DNA of 64,000 nt from positions 1-64,000 of the IMG/VR virus record IMGVR_UViG_3300025889_018307, one strand, 5' to 3'. The translations under genes and the position numbers were made by a program. Below, in pieces: positions 48,937 to 58,463 of this stretch (position 1 is the stretch's first letter; every line of letters starts with the position of its first letter). The notes beneath the pieces were generated by a model, which was not told the DNA's origin, did no database searches, and worked only from the letters and a program-made list of their open reading frames with translations. The DNA comes from a virus.

Positions 48937-49626
48937 ATGGCAGAAAATAAGAAAAAATACGATATAGAAGTAGTACAAGAAGGATTTGCTAATGGTGTTG
49001 CACCTGGTTTTCCTTTAAATGATCAAGAAAAATCAGATATGATTGAAGAAGCAACTGAAGCTTATGGTAAGTTTTTAGATGCATTAAAATGTGATTGGAG
49101 AAATGATCCAAATTCAAATGATACCCCAAGACGTGTAGCTAAAGCTTATGTACATGATTTATGGGCTGGTAGATACACTGAAATGACCCCTATTACTTCC
49201 TTTCCCTCGGATGGTTATGATGGAATCGTTATTGAAAGAAACATCCCTCTAACCTCAATGTGTTCACACCACCACCAAACAATAGGTGGGGTGGTTCATA
49301 TTGGTTATATTACATCAGAAAAAGGAGCAGTTGTAGGTTTAAGTAAATTAAATAGAATTGTAGAACACTTTGGTAGAAGAGGTGCTATACAAGAACAATT
49401 AACATCTGCAATACATAATGCAGTAAACAAAATTTGTGAGGATAACTTAGGTGTTATTATTACAATAGTAGCAACACATAATTGTGTAAGCTGCCGAGGT
49501 GTTAAACATAAAGGAGCTGCAATGGTTACAACAAAAGCTTCAGGTGTGTTTAGACACAATGGAAATGACGCAAGACAAGAGTTTTTTAACTCATTAAAAA
49601 TTAATAACGGAGGACATCAAATTTAA
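48937..49626 (+). CDS. folE: GTP cyclohydrolase I
   Basis: TPRRVAK, SMCSHH, GLSK..R, IQE.LT, H.CVSCRG. Confidence 0.95.
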   Translation: MAENKKKYDIEVVQEGFANGVAPGFPLNDQEKSDMIEEATEAYGKFLDALKCDWRNDPNSNDTPRRVAKAYVHDLWAGRYTEMTPITSFPSDGYDGIVIERNIPLTSMCSHHHQTIGGVVHIGYITSEKGAVVGLSKLNRIVEHFGRRGAIQEQLTSAIHNAVNKICEDNLGVIITIVATHNCVSCRGVKHKGAAMVTTKASGVFRHNGNDARQEFFNSLKINNGGHQI

Positions 49627-49631
49627 TAGTT

Positions 49632-50156
49632 ATGAGTGATAAAAAAGAAAAATTAGGAAACAAATATTGGAATGTACCTTTTGTAAATGAGGTAGAAGAA
49701 TTCAATGAAACATTTGGTAAACCAAATAATTATGAACCAACAATCCCTGAAAAAAAAGAATGGATGTTTGTTTATGATTTTATCCAAGAAGAACTAGCTG
49801 AATATAAAGAAGCTTGTGAGAAAGGTGATATTGTAGAAGTTTTAGATGCATTGTGTGATATTGCTTATGTTTCATTAGGTAATGGAACTATGTTACATGG
49901 TTTAAAAGGTCATATTTGGAAAGCATACCAAGAAGTTCAGGCATCAAATATGTCAAAATCTTGTGTTGATGAAGCTGAAGCTGAATTGACTGTAACTCAA
50001 CGAGCTAAAGAACAAGGTGAAGATTGTCATTGGGAAAAAATAGGTAATCGTTATGTTGTTTATAGAACCCGTGATAGAAAAGTAATGAAATCAGTAAATT
50101 ACTTCAAACCAGACTTACAACAATTTTTCTCAAAATCAGATTTAGATAATGTATAA
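49632..50156 (+). CDS. MazG-like nucleoside triphosphate pyrophosphohydrolase
   Basis: V.EF...F, IQEEL.E, EVLDALCDI.YV, SNMSK, KV.K...YF.PDL. Confidence 0.85.
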   Translation: MSDKKEKLGNKYWNVPFVNEVEEFNETFGKPNNYEPTIPEKKEWMFVYDFIQEELAEYKEACEKGDIVEVLDALCDIAYVSLGNGTMLHGLKGHIWKAYQEVQASNMSKSCVDEAEAELTVTQRAKEQGEDCHWEKIGNRYVVYRTRDRKVMKSVNYFKPDLQQFFSKSDLDNV

Positions 50157-51825
50157 AAAAGCATTTGCAAGAAAGCTTAAAGACAACAAATACTTAATAC
50201 ATTTATGGGAAGATGAAGGCTACAGTAAAGTAGAATGGGATAATCAAGCTTACATTGAATGTGATGAAAGTGAAGCTCAATATACAGGCCTAAATGGAGA
50301 ACCATTAAAAAAAGTAAGAAATTGGAGATCTGATGATTCAAGACTTCATTTTCATGATATGCCTCCTTATCAAAAGTTTCTAGTTGAAAAATATGGTATT
50401 AATGATGAACCATCTACTACTCATAGAGAAATATTTTTTGATATTGAGTGTGAAATGGGAGATGCTTTAACACCAGAATATATTCAATCTGCACCTAAAA
50501 GGATTACTTCAATTGCTTGGTATGATAAACAAGTAGACCAATGGGGAATTGTTATCTTAGATGATGATGGGCAATTAAAACGTACTAAAGCTAAAAATAA
50601 AGAGATTATTCCCTGTAGAACTGAAGAGGAATTATTAGCTAAATTTTTAGAAAGATTTAGGGATATGGATCCTGATATTATAGTAGGATGGAATAGTGAT
50701 TATTTTGATATTCCTTATTTATATTATAGAATGTGTAATGTATTGGGAAGTGATTTTGCTAGACATTTATCTCCTATAGGTTATGTAAGAGAAACACCAT
50801 GGTTTAAAGATCAATACATTCAAATAGCAGGTGTTGAATCTCTTGATTATATGCGTTTACATAAAAAATATAGTTGGGCTGATGAACCATCTATGAGATT
50901 AGATGCTATTGGTGAAAAGTATGTTGGAATGAATAAAATTGAATATGAAGGTAATTTAGATCAATTATTTAAAGATGATATTCAAAAGTTTATTAGGTAT
51001 AATTTTGTTGATGTTGAAATATTAAAATTATTAGATGAAAAATTAGATTATTTAGCATTAACTAAAAACTTATCCCATAAAGGAAAACATAATTATAGTG
51101 AAGTATATGCTAATACTAAAACACAAGATGGTGCTATTTCAGCTTATTTATTAAGTAAAAAAATTATTCCACCTGCTAAAGAACGTAATCCTATATCTAA
51201 AAAAGGATATGCTGGTGGTTATTTATTTTGTCCTCAAGCTGGATTATACAATTATATGTTTGATGAAGATTTAACATCTCTATATCCTTCAATTATTATG
51301 ACTGTTAATATTGGTAAAGAAACAATGGTAGCTAGAATTATTGATGCTGATGATAGAAATAATAGATTAGGACTAAATGATTTAAAATCTAAGGATCCTG
51401 AAGAGGAAATATTAATTGAAAATGTTAAACGTAAACGTACTAAAGTTACTATTGGGGATTTAATAGGATTTATTGAAAAAAATAATTGGGCTATATCAGC
51501 AAATGGTGTTATGTTTAGTACAAATCGTGAATCAGTATTATCAACTATATTAAATAAATGGTTTGATGAAAGAGTATTGTATAAAAATAAAATGAAAAAA
51601 GCATACAAATCAGGTGATAATGAATTAGGAGCTGCTTACCATATGAAACAATATACAATGAAGATTTTATTAAATAGTTTATATGGTGCTACTGCTTTAG
51701 GTTCGTTTAGATATGGTAATGTAGTGTTATCTGAAGCAATTACATTAAGTGGTCAACGCATTATCCAAGAAAGTGCTTTATGCGCTAATAGACACATGAA
51801 TAAAGTAATTAAAGGAAACATATGA
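50149..51825 (+). CDS. Family B DNA polymerase, large subunit (exonuclease plus motifs A and B)
   Basis: FDIE, GWN...FDIPY, YN..DV, DLTSLYPS, KILLNSLYG. Confidence 0.93.
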   Translation: MYKKAFARKLKDNKYLIHLWEDEGYSKVEWDNQAYIECDESEAQYTGLNGEPLKKVRNWRSDDSRLHFHDMPPYQKFLVEKYGINDEPSTTHREIFFDIECEMGDALTPEYIQSAPKRITSIAWYDKQVDQWGIVILDDDGQLKRTKAKNKEIIPCRTEEELLAKFLERFRDMDPDIIVGWNSDYFDIPYLYYRMCNVLGSDFARHLSPIGYVRETPWFKDQYIQIAGVESLDYMRLHKKYSWADEPSMRLDAIGEKYVGMNKIEYEGNLDQLFKDDIQKFIRYNFVDVEILKLLDEKLDYLALTKNLSHKGKHNYSEVYANTKTQDGAISAYLLSKKIIPPAKERNPISKKGYAGGYLFCPQAGLYNYMFDEDLTSLYPSIIMTVNIGKETMVARIIDADDRNNRLGLNDLKSKDPEEEILIENVKRKRTKVTIGDLIGFIEKNNWAISANGVMFSTNRESVLSTILNKWFDERVLYKNKMKKAYKSGDNELGAAYHMKQYTMKILLNSLYGATALGSFRYGNVVLSEAITLSGQRIIQESALCANRHMNKVIKGNI

Positions 51826-52751
51826 AACATTTAGAAGATACTCCATGGTGGATTTGTGATCCAGGTGACACAAATTATTGTGCTTATGTTGATACAGATT
51901 CTAATTACTTTAATGCAGAACCTCTATTAAGACATTTATATCCTAATTTTGATGAAATGTCTGAAAAAGAAAAAGATGATGTTTTAGAAAAGGAAGCACT
52001 TAAATATCAAGACATTATTACTGAAGATTATGATAGGTTAGCTAAAGATTGTTTTAATGTTACTAATCATAGATTAGAAATGAAAACTGAATGTGTAATT
52101 AGATCAGCTTATTTCAGAGCTACAAGGCGTTACGCACAGTGGATTACTAAACAAGAAGGAATTGAAAAAGAATCATTAGATGTTAAAGGATTAGAATTTA
52201 AAAAAGCCAATTTCCCTCCAGTATTTGGTAAGTTTTTTAAAAGTTGTTTAGAACAAGTACTTAAGGGGGTACCCAAACATGAAATTGATTCTCAATTATT
52301 GGAATTTAGAAAACAAATATTAAGTGGAGAAATACCTATTGAGAAAATTGGTAACCCACAAGCAGTAAAAAAACTAAATAAATTCACTGAACGTAAAGCT
52401 AGAGCTGGAGAAATGTTTTCTTCAATAGGTAAAGGAGCTCCTGCAGCTGTTAAAGCAGCTATAATTTATAATGATTTACTAAGATTTTGGAAATTAGATA
52501 AAAAATATAATTATATTACACAAGGGGAGAAAATTAAATGGATTTATTTAAAAAATAATCCTTATAGAATTGAAGCAATTGCTTTCCTAGATTATGATAT
52601 ACCAAAAGAAATTCGTACATTTATCGAGAAATATGCTGATAGGCAAAAAGTATTCGATAGTATACTATTAAATAAGTTAGAAGGATTTTATAATGATCTA
52701 GGATGGGCATTAAGTTTAAATCCTCATAGAAATAAATTTTTTAATTTTTAA
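51822..52751 (+). CDS. Family B DNA polymerase, small subunit (motif C plus thumb)
   Basis: YVDTDS, RRY, VKGLE, GEKIK. Confidence 0.9.
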   Translation: MKHLEDTPWWICDPGDTNYCAYVDTDSNYFNAEPLLRHLYPNFDEMSEKEKDDVLEKEALKYQDIITEDYDRLAKDCFNVTNHRLEMKTECVIRSAYFRATRRYAQWITKQEGIEKESLDVKGLEFKKANFPPVFGKFFKSCLEQVLKGVPKHEIDSQLLEFRKQILSGEIPIEKIGNPQAVKKLNKFTERKARAGEMFSSIGKGAPAAVKAAIIYNDLLRFWKLDKKYNYITQGEKIKWIYLKNNPYRIEAIAFLDYDIPKEIRTFIEKYADRQKVFDSILLNKLEGFYNDLGWALSLNPHRNKFFNF

Positions 52752-52753
52752 TT

Positions 52754-53500
52754 ATGATAAATAAATCAAAGTTACAATCAATAATATCTAAATATTATCT
52801 AAATGGATTAGTACAATCTGTAAGATGGGAAACTAAAGAAAATAAATTAAGTATTAGCTTTACATCAGAAAATAAAGATATAGCAGGAGATTTAATGTGT
52901 GAAAATTCTCCGGTTGAGGATAGTGAAATAGCAATATTTGACACAGCACAATTAAATAAATTAATATCAGTTACTAATGGAGAATTATTACTTACTTTAG
53001 AAAAAGAACACAAAGTATTTTCTAAATTACATATTCAAGATAATTCATTTAATGTAGCTTATTCTTTAGCAGATTCATTATTAGTACCAAAAAGAGGAAC
53101 TATTAATTTTCCAACTAAATATGATGTTACAATAGAATTAACACCTGAAATTGTAAGTAATTTTATTAAAGCTAAAAGTGCATTAACTGATATAAGTGAT
53201 GTAATGATTAGTACTGAAGAAGATCCTGATAGAGGAACTATAGTACAATTTGCATTCGGAGATTTAAATAACTTTTCAAATAAAATCAAATATATTGTAG
53301 ATGAAAATATAACAATAAATAAAGAATTAAAATTACCTTTTAATTCAGATTCATTTAAAAATATATTAGCAGCAAATAAAGATTTAGAAAGTGGTAAACT
53401 TTCATTAACTGAAGAAGGATTTATGAAATTAGAATTCCAATCAGAAGATATAAAGACTTTATACTATATGGTAAGAAAAGAAGATGCCACATATGTATAA
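52754..53500 (+). CDS. Sliding clamp (gp45/PCNA-like)
   Basis: 248 aa, clamp-like two-domain pattern, follows polB. Confidence 0.65.
   Translation: MINKSKLQSIISKYYLNGLVQSVRWETKENKLSISFTSENKDIAGDLMCENSPVEDSEIAIFDTAQLNKLISVTNGELLLTLEKEHKVFSKLHIQDNSFNVAYSLADSLLVPKRGTINFPTKYDVTIELTPEIVSNFIKAKSALTDISDVMISTEEDPDRGTIVQFAFGDLNNFSNKIKYIVDENITINKELKLPFNSDSFKNILAANKDLESGKLSLTEEGFMKLEFQSEDIKTLYYMVRKEDATYV
53491..53500 (+). promoter_or_regulatory. Putative late promoter ATATGTATAA for hsp20
   Basis: Overlaps the clamp stop codon. Confidence 0.55.
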
Positions 53501-53576
53501 TAAATTGACCTAAGGGCGCAAGTTTTAAATTATTTATTAACCGCTGATCTTAATGACAGCATAAAAACAAAGTGAT

Positions 53577-53999
53577 ATGAGTACACATTTTTTAGAAAGA
53601 TCATTCCATCCGTTTGATCTATTATTTCGAAATTTATTCGAAGCAAACACCCAATTCGTTCCGGCTATAGAAGCCAAACAACAATACCCAATTAATATTT
53701 ACGAAGATGATTCAGGTTTAACTTTTGAGTTAGCTTGCACTGGCATTCCTAAAGATGCTATTGAAGTTAAATTAGAGGGAGATATGATTATCTTCAATTA
53801 TGATAAGGAGAAAACACCAGAAACTCCTAACCGAAATTATATTCATAGAGGAATTGCAAAACGTTCTTTTAATTTAGGATATAAAGTAGGAACTAAGTTC
53901 GACCTTAAAAAGGCAAAAGCAAATTTTAATGATGGTTTATTAATTGTGACTATTCCATTTGCTGAAGAAGCTAAGCCAAAAGTTTTGAAAATTAACTAA
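53577..53999 (+). CDS. Small heat-shock protein Hsp20
   Basis: YP.NI, Y.HRGIA.RSF, A.F.DGLL...IP. Confidence 0.93.
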   Translation: MSTHFLERSFHPFDLLFRNLFEANTQFVPAIEAKQQYPINIYEDDSGLTFELACTGIPKDAIEVKLEGDMIIFNYDKEKTPETPNRNYIHRGIAKRSFNLGYKVGTKFDLKKAKANFNDGLLIVTIPFAEEAKPKVLKIN

Positions 54000-54017
54000 C
54001 CAAACGCGCCCTTTAGG

Positions 54018-54046
54018 TTGGTTTATCAGAATTTCTTTCGTATATT
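54018..54046 (+). promoter_or_regulatory. Early/middle promoter TTGG-N19-TATATT
   Basis: ttggtttatcagaatttctttcgtatatt. Confidence 0.8.
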
Positions 54047-54070
54047 ACACCATAATTAAAAAAAAGTTAT

Positions 54071-54367
54071 ATGACTATTATTAGAGATGAGTTGCTAGAG
54101 CCTTATTTTATAGGCAAAGATGCGTATTGTTATACAGCATATGAAGTTATCACCCCACAGAAAAAATATTTAGCTAAAGGTAGTAAAGGTAAAAATTATG
54201 AAAAACCAATTGGTCATTATGCTGATTTTGGAAATGCCTTATTAGCTATTATGAAACATCAATTAAACGAAAAAAACAAAGAATATTCATCTATCCAAGA
54301 ATATTTGGATAAATGGGATAACATTAAATTAAATTTAAATAACATTAAAGAAAAAATTGGAATATGA
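54071..54367 (+). CDS. Hypothetical protein
   Basis: 98 aa, first gene of the groES operon. Confidence 0.7.
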   Translation: MTIIRDELLEPYFIGKDAYCYTAYEVITPQKKYLAKGSKGKNYEKPIGHYADFGNALLAIMKHQLNEKNKEYSSIQEYLDKWDNIKLNLNNIKEKIGI

Positions 54368-54702
54368 ATTTAGAAGCACTATTTAACGCTGTTATAGTTA
54401 AACCAATTGAGGCAGAAGAAACTAAGTATGGCTCAATTGTAGTTCCCGATATGGGAAAAGACGTAAATGAACATGGAGAGATAATAGCAGTAGGACCTGG
54501 CCAACATACAATTTCAGGTACATTTATTGAAACTATAAGTAAAGTTGGAGATATAGTAATATTACCAACTCAAGGATTTACAAAATTACAACATGATGGA
54601 GAGGATTATTATGTTGGTCCTGAAAATCAAATCTTAGCAAGGGTAAAAAAAGAAGTAGATTTAGAAAAAATATTAGAAGAAACTGAACCATTAAACGAAT
54701 AA
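54364..54702 (+). CDS. groES: Co-chaperonin GroES
   Basis: G.I.VPD, GE.IAVGPG, KVGD.V, ILA. Confidence 0.9.
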   Translation: MNLEALFNAVIVKPIEAEETKYGSIVVPDMGKDVNEHGEIIAVGPGQHTISGTFIETISKVGDIVILPTQGFTKLQHDGEDYYVGPENQILARVKKEVDLEKILEETEPLNE

Positions 54703-54704
54703 AA

Positions 54705-56339
54705 ATGAGTAAAATTATAGAATTTGGCCCTGAGGGTAGAGATAAATTAGTAAAAGGAATTGACACATTAGCCAATGCTGTAGTATCAACATTAGGTCCT
54801 AATGGAAGAAATGTAGTAGTAGAAAGAACTAACCAATCACCGATTTCAACAAAAGATGGAGTTACAGTAGCTAAACATATAGCTGTAAGTGATCCAGTAG
54901 AAAATCTAGGTATAAATTTAGTTAGAGAAGCATCAATTAAAACTGCTGATAAAGCAGGTGATGGTACAACTACCTCAACACTTTTAGCAAGAGAAATGAT
55001 TAAGGATGGCTTACAACATTTGGCTAATGGAGCTAATGCTGTTGAAATTAAAAGAGGAATTGATAAAGCTGTAAAAGAAGTTGTTAATAGTTTAAGAGAA
55101 AACATATCAGAAGACATTTCAGATGAAAATCAGCTAGAACAAATTGCAACTATTTCTGCTAATAATGATCCTGAAGTAGGTAAATTAATAGCTACTGCAA
55201 TGGATAAAGTAGGAGTTGAGGGAGTAGTACACATTGAAGAATCTAAAACAGGTGATACTTATTTAGAAACTGTTGAAGGAATGCAGTTTGATAGAGGATA
55301 TTTATCACATTACTTTGTTACTAACAATAGTACAATGACCTGTACTTTAGAAGATCCTTATATTTTAGTACTTAATCAAAAATTATCCCAAGTTAAAGAT
55401 TTATTACCTATGTTAGAAGCAGTTTCTAATACTAATAAATCATTACTTATTATAGCTGAAGATGTTGATAGTGAAGCTTTAGCAACACTTATTGTAAATA
55501 AAGCTAGAGGTACTATTAAAGTAGCAGCTGTAAAAGCTCCAGATTTTGGTGAAAGAAGAAAATTAATCTTAGAAGATATAGCATCAGTAACTGGTGGTGT
55601 AGTATTTGATAAAGATAAAGGAATGAAACTTGATAAATTTTCTTGGGAGTGGTTTGGTGAAGCTCGTACTGTAACTATTTCAAAAGAAAAAACAACAATT
55701 ATTGATGGTAAAGGTAAAGAAGAAGATGTTAAACAAAGATTAGAAGAACTTACTACTCAAATTGATAAAGCTCAATCTAATTTTGAAATAGAAAAACTAC
55801 AAGAAAGATTAGCTAAAATGGCTGGTGGTGTTTCTATTATTCATGTAGGTGGTTATACTGAAACTGAAATGAATGAAAAGAAAGATAGAGTTGATGATGC
55901 ATTACATGCAACTAAAGCAGCAATTGAAGAAGGTATTGTACCAGGAGGAGGAGCAGCTCTATTATATGCTAGAGAAGCTCTAAATACTAAATGTAAAAAA
56001 TGTATAGGTAAAAATATTGTTTACAAAGCTTGTGGTAAACCATTTGAACAAATATTAGTTAATGCTGGTAAAGATTCAGTTGATGCTCAAATGATAGGTA
56101 AATATAATCTAATAGATTCAGGTAATGATACTTGGGCTGGGTATAATATTAAAAAAGATACTGTTGAAGATATGAAAAAAGCAGGTATTATTGATCCTAC
56201 TAAAGTAACAAGAACAGCTCTTGAGAATGCTGCTGCTGTTGCTGGAACTGTATTACTTACAGAATGTATAGTTGTAGATGAACCAAAAGAAGAAAATTCA
56301 CAACCACAAATGGATCCATCAATGATGATGGGGATGTAA
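54705..56339 (+). CDS. groEL: Chaperonin GroEL
   Basis: TLGPNGRNV, KDGVTVA, AGDGTTT, EGMQFDRGY, GIVPGGG. Confidence 0.98.
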   Translation: MSKIIEFGPEGRDKLVKGIDTLANAVVSTLGPNGRNVVVERTNQSPISTKDGVTVAKHIAVSDPVENLGINLVREASIKTADKAGDGTTTSTLLAREMIKDGLQHLANGANAVEIKRGIDKAVKEVVNSLRENISEDISDENQLEQIATISANNDPEVGKLIATAMDKVGVEGVVHIEESKTGDTYLETVEGMQFDRGYLSHYFVTNNSTMTCTLEDPYILVLNQKLSQVKDLLPMLEAVSNTNKSLLIIAEDVDSEALATLIVNKARGTIKVAAVKAPDFGERRKLILEDIASVTGGVVFDKDKGMKLDKFSWEWFGEARTVTISKEKTTIIDGKGKEEDVKQRLEELTTQIDKAQSNFEIEKLQERLAKMAGGVSIIHVGGYTETEMNEKKDRVDDALHATKAAIEEGIVPGGGAALLYAREALNTKCKKCIGKNIVYKACGKPFEQILVNAGKDSVDAQMIGKYNLIDSGNDTWAGYNIKKDTVEDMKKAGIIDPTKVTRTALENAAAVAGTVLLTECIVVDEPKEENSQPQMDPSMMMGM

Positions 56340-56340
56340 T

Positions 56341-56613
56341 ATGGAAACAAAAGTAATAGAACATAATAAGCTTATTGCTACTAGAGTACCACCTGGAGAC
56401 AAGTGGACTTTAGTAGATGATAAGAAAAAAGTAGTACATGAATCTTTAACTGATGCTTTAGAAGCATATTTTAAATCAACAGGCACACCTAGTGAATTTA
56501 GATTAGCTCCTTTAGATAGCAAATTATATGCTATAGTAACTCACGAGGAAGAAATAATTCCAGATGAACCAAAGGAATTTAGTATGTATGGAGAGTTTAG
56601 ACAAGGAGCTTAA
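56341..56613 (+). CDS. Hypothetical protein
   Basis: IATRVPPGDKW. Confidence 0.7.
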   Translation: METKVIEHNKLIATRVPPGDKWTLVDDKKKVVHESLTDALEAYFKSTGTPSEFRLAPLDSKLYAIVTHEEEIIPDEPKEFSMYGEFRQGA

Positions 56614-56614
56614 T

Positions 56615-56643
56615 TTGGGGATTTAAATAAAAGTTATTATATT
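56615..56643 (+). promoter_or_regulatory. Early/middle promoter TTGG-N19-TATATT
   Basis: Upstream of the clamp loader gene. Confidence 0.7.
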
Positions 56644-56649
56644 CATAAT

Positions 56650-57573
56650 ATGAAAGAGCATAGTTTACTAGTTGAAAAATATAGACCTACTAATATAAAC
56701 AATTATGTAGGAAATGAAAGTATCAAAAATACTATTAAGGGTTATATTAACCAAAATGATATTCAAAATTTATTATTTTATGGCCCCGCAGGAACAGGAA
56801 AAACAACTTTAGCTAAATTAATTACTAAAAATATTGATTGTGATGTTTTATATATTAATGCATCAGATGAAAGAGGTATTGAAACTATTAGAGACAAAGT
56901 ATCTGGATTTGCAAGTACTATGTCTTTTAAACCTCTAAAAGTAGTTATTTTAGATGAAGCAGATTTTCTGACTATAATGGCTCAAGCATCATTAAGAAAT
57001 GTAATTGAAACATTTTCTCGTTCAACTAGATTTATATTAACTTGTAATTATTTAGAAAGAATAATTGATCCCCTACAATCAAGATGTCAAACATTAAAAA
57101 TAATCCCGCCAGATAAATTAGATATTATTAATCATCTAATGAAAATTACAAATAAGGAAAGTATTAAACATAGTGTAAGTGATTTAGAAACTATTGTAAA
57201 TAACAACTACCCTGATGTGCGTAAAATGCTTAATACTATACAAATATCTACCGTAAATAACACATTAAAATTAGACGAGTCTACATTAGTAGAAAGTAAT
57301 TATATGGATAAGATATTTATTGAACTAAAAAATAAAAAACCTAATTGGAGAACAATTAGGCAAATTATTGCTGATTCAAATGTAAACGACTTTGAAGGAT
57401 TTTATCGTTACCTTTATGATAAAAGTAGTGAATATGCTCCTGGAAAGGAAGGTATGATAGCATATTATATAAATGAATATTCATATCAATCAAATTTTAG
57501 AATAGACAAAGAAGTAAATTGTATGGCTTTAATGTCTAAAATTATAGAAACAATTAAACCAAATATTATTTAA
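56650..57573 (+). CDS. Clamp loader AAA+ subunit (RFC/gp44-like)
   Basis: VEKYRP, GPAGTGKTT, NASDERG, LDEAD, QSRC. Confidence 0.95.
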   Translation: MKEHSLLVEKYRPTNINNYVGNESIKNTIKGYINQNDIQNLLFYGPAGTGKTTLAKLITKNIDCDVLYINASDERGIETIRDKVSGFASTMSFKPLKVVILDEADFLTIMAQASLRNVIETFSRSTRFILTCNYLERIIDPLQSRCQTLKIIPPDKLDIINHLMKITNKESIKHSVSDLETIVNNNYPDVRKMLNTIQISTVNNTLKLDESTLVESNYMDKIFIELKNKKPNWRTIRQIIADSNVNDFEGFYRYLYDKSSEYAPGKEGMIAYYINEYSYQSNFRIDKEVNCMALMSKIIETIKPNII

Positions 57574-57584
57574 AATTATTAATT

Positions 57585-57827
57585 ATGCAAGCGCAACAAC
57601 CAAACATTGATTTAAAAAACACATCAGCTATAGAAACTGAAGGTGGAGGTAGAATTTGGCAACAAGGAGCTTTATTAAGAAAAGTATCTAAATTTGTAAC
57701 AGGAACAGATTCTGATGCTGTTATGCCAATTCCAGTATTTTATGATCCTGAAACAGGTAAAATTTTAGAGGACTCACTTCCTAAAGAATTAAGAGAAGAG
57801 TATAAGGATGTCCTTATTAAATCCTAA
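57585..57827 (+). CDS. Hypothetical protein
   Basis: LRKVSKF.TGT..D...PIPVF. Confidence 0.75.
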   Translation: MQAQQPNIDLKNTSAIETEGGGRIWQQGALLRKVSKFVTGTDSDAVMPIPVFYDPETGKILEDSLPKELREEYKDVLIKS

Positions 57828-58242
57828 AAATATATTTGAATGGCTAGAACATTTAACTTATAAAAAATCTAGCTATAATAGTTTTGAGGAAAAATCTTGG
57901 GAGAACTTTAATGCTTATATGGTTCATAGATTTGTATCCATGTATGAGGGGTATATTGATATTGCTAATATAGCACAAAGGTTCCACCCTACAGATAAAA
58001 GGGGAATTTATAATTTTTATTGTGAAATGTTACCTAAAAAGAAAATGTTTTTAAGGTATATTAAATCAAAAATAAAAACATCCCCCAAAGAAATAAAACA
58101 ATATATTTCTAATTACTATAAATGTAGTTTGGCTGAGGCAAATGAATATATTATATTATTAAATAAGAGTGATATCAAAATAATTTTTGATAAATTAGGA
58201 GTGGAGATTAAAGAACAAAAACAATTACTTAAAAAATTATAA
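57808..58242 (+). CDS. Clamp loader small subunit (gp62-like)
   Basis: F.WL..L...K, F..YM.HRF.SM, LPKKK.F..YIK, YY.CS..EA.EY. Confidence 0.75.
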   Translation: MSLLNPKNIFEWLEHLTYKKSSYNSFEEKSWENFNAYMVHRFVSMYEGYIDIANIAQRFHPTDKRGIYNFYCEMLPKKKMFLRYIKSKIKTSPKEIKQYISNYYKCSLAEANEYIILLNKSDIKIIFDKLGVEIKEQKQLLKKL

Positions 58243-58244
58243 AA

Positions 58245-58463
58245 ATGGCACAATACAGAGTTATAACAATGCTTGAAAAAACTTTTGAAGCCCAAAGAGA
58301 AAGAGCATTATTAACACTTGAATTATTAACAGAAAACCCTGCAGGTATAGGTGATCATTCAACAAGTGATTTCTATAATAATGCAGAGGAAGCAGCAAGA
58401 GCATTAGCTGAAGCTGAAGACGTTTTAGAAACATTAAAAAGACATTATGGGGACAATGAGTAA
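58245..58463 (+). CDS. Hypothetical protein
   Basis: NPAGIGDHS helical hairpin. Confidence 0.7.
   Translation: MAQYRVITMLEKTFEAQRERALLTLELLTENPAGIGDHSTSDFYNNAEEAARALAEAEDVLETLKRHYGDNE

Noticed and set aside
51780-51830. Programmed frameshift, intron or intein joining the two polB ORFs
   Set aside because: The second frame has TAA at 51810, there is no slippery heptamer, no intervening sequence and no intein termini. The ATGA overlap indicates translational coupling.
43570-56339. Bacterial chromosome or prophage origin suggested by groEL, que genes, folE and uvsE
   Set aside because: These genes are interleaved with T4-like replisome genes on the same strand and share the phage promoter motif. 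No integrase or host housekeeping context is seen.
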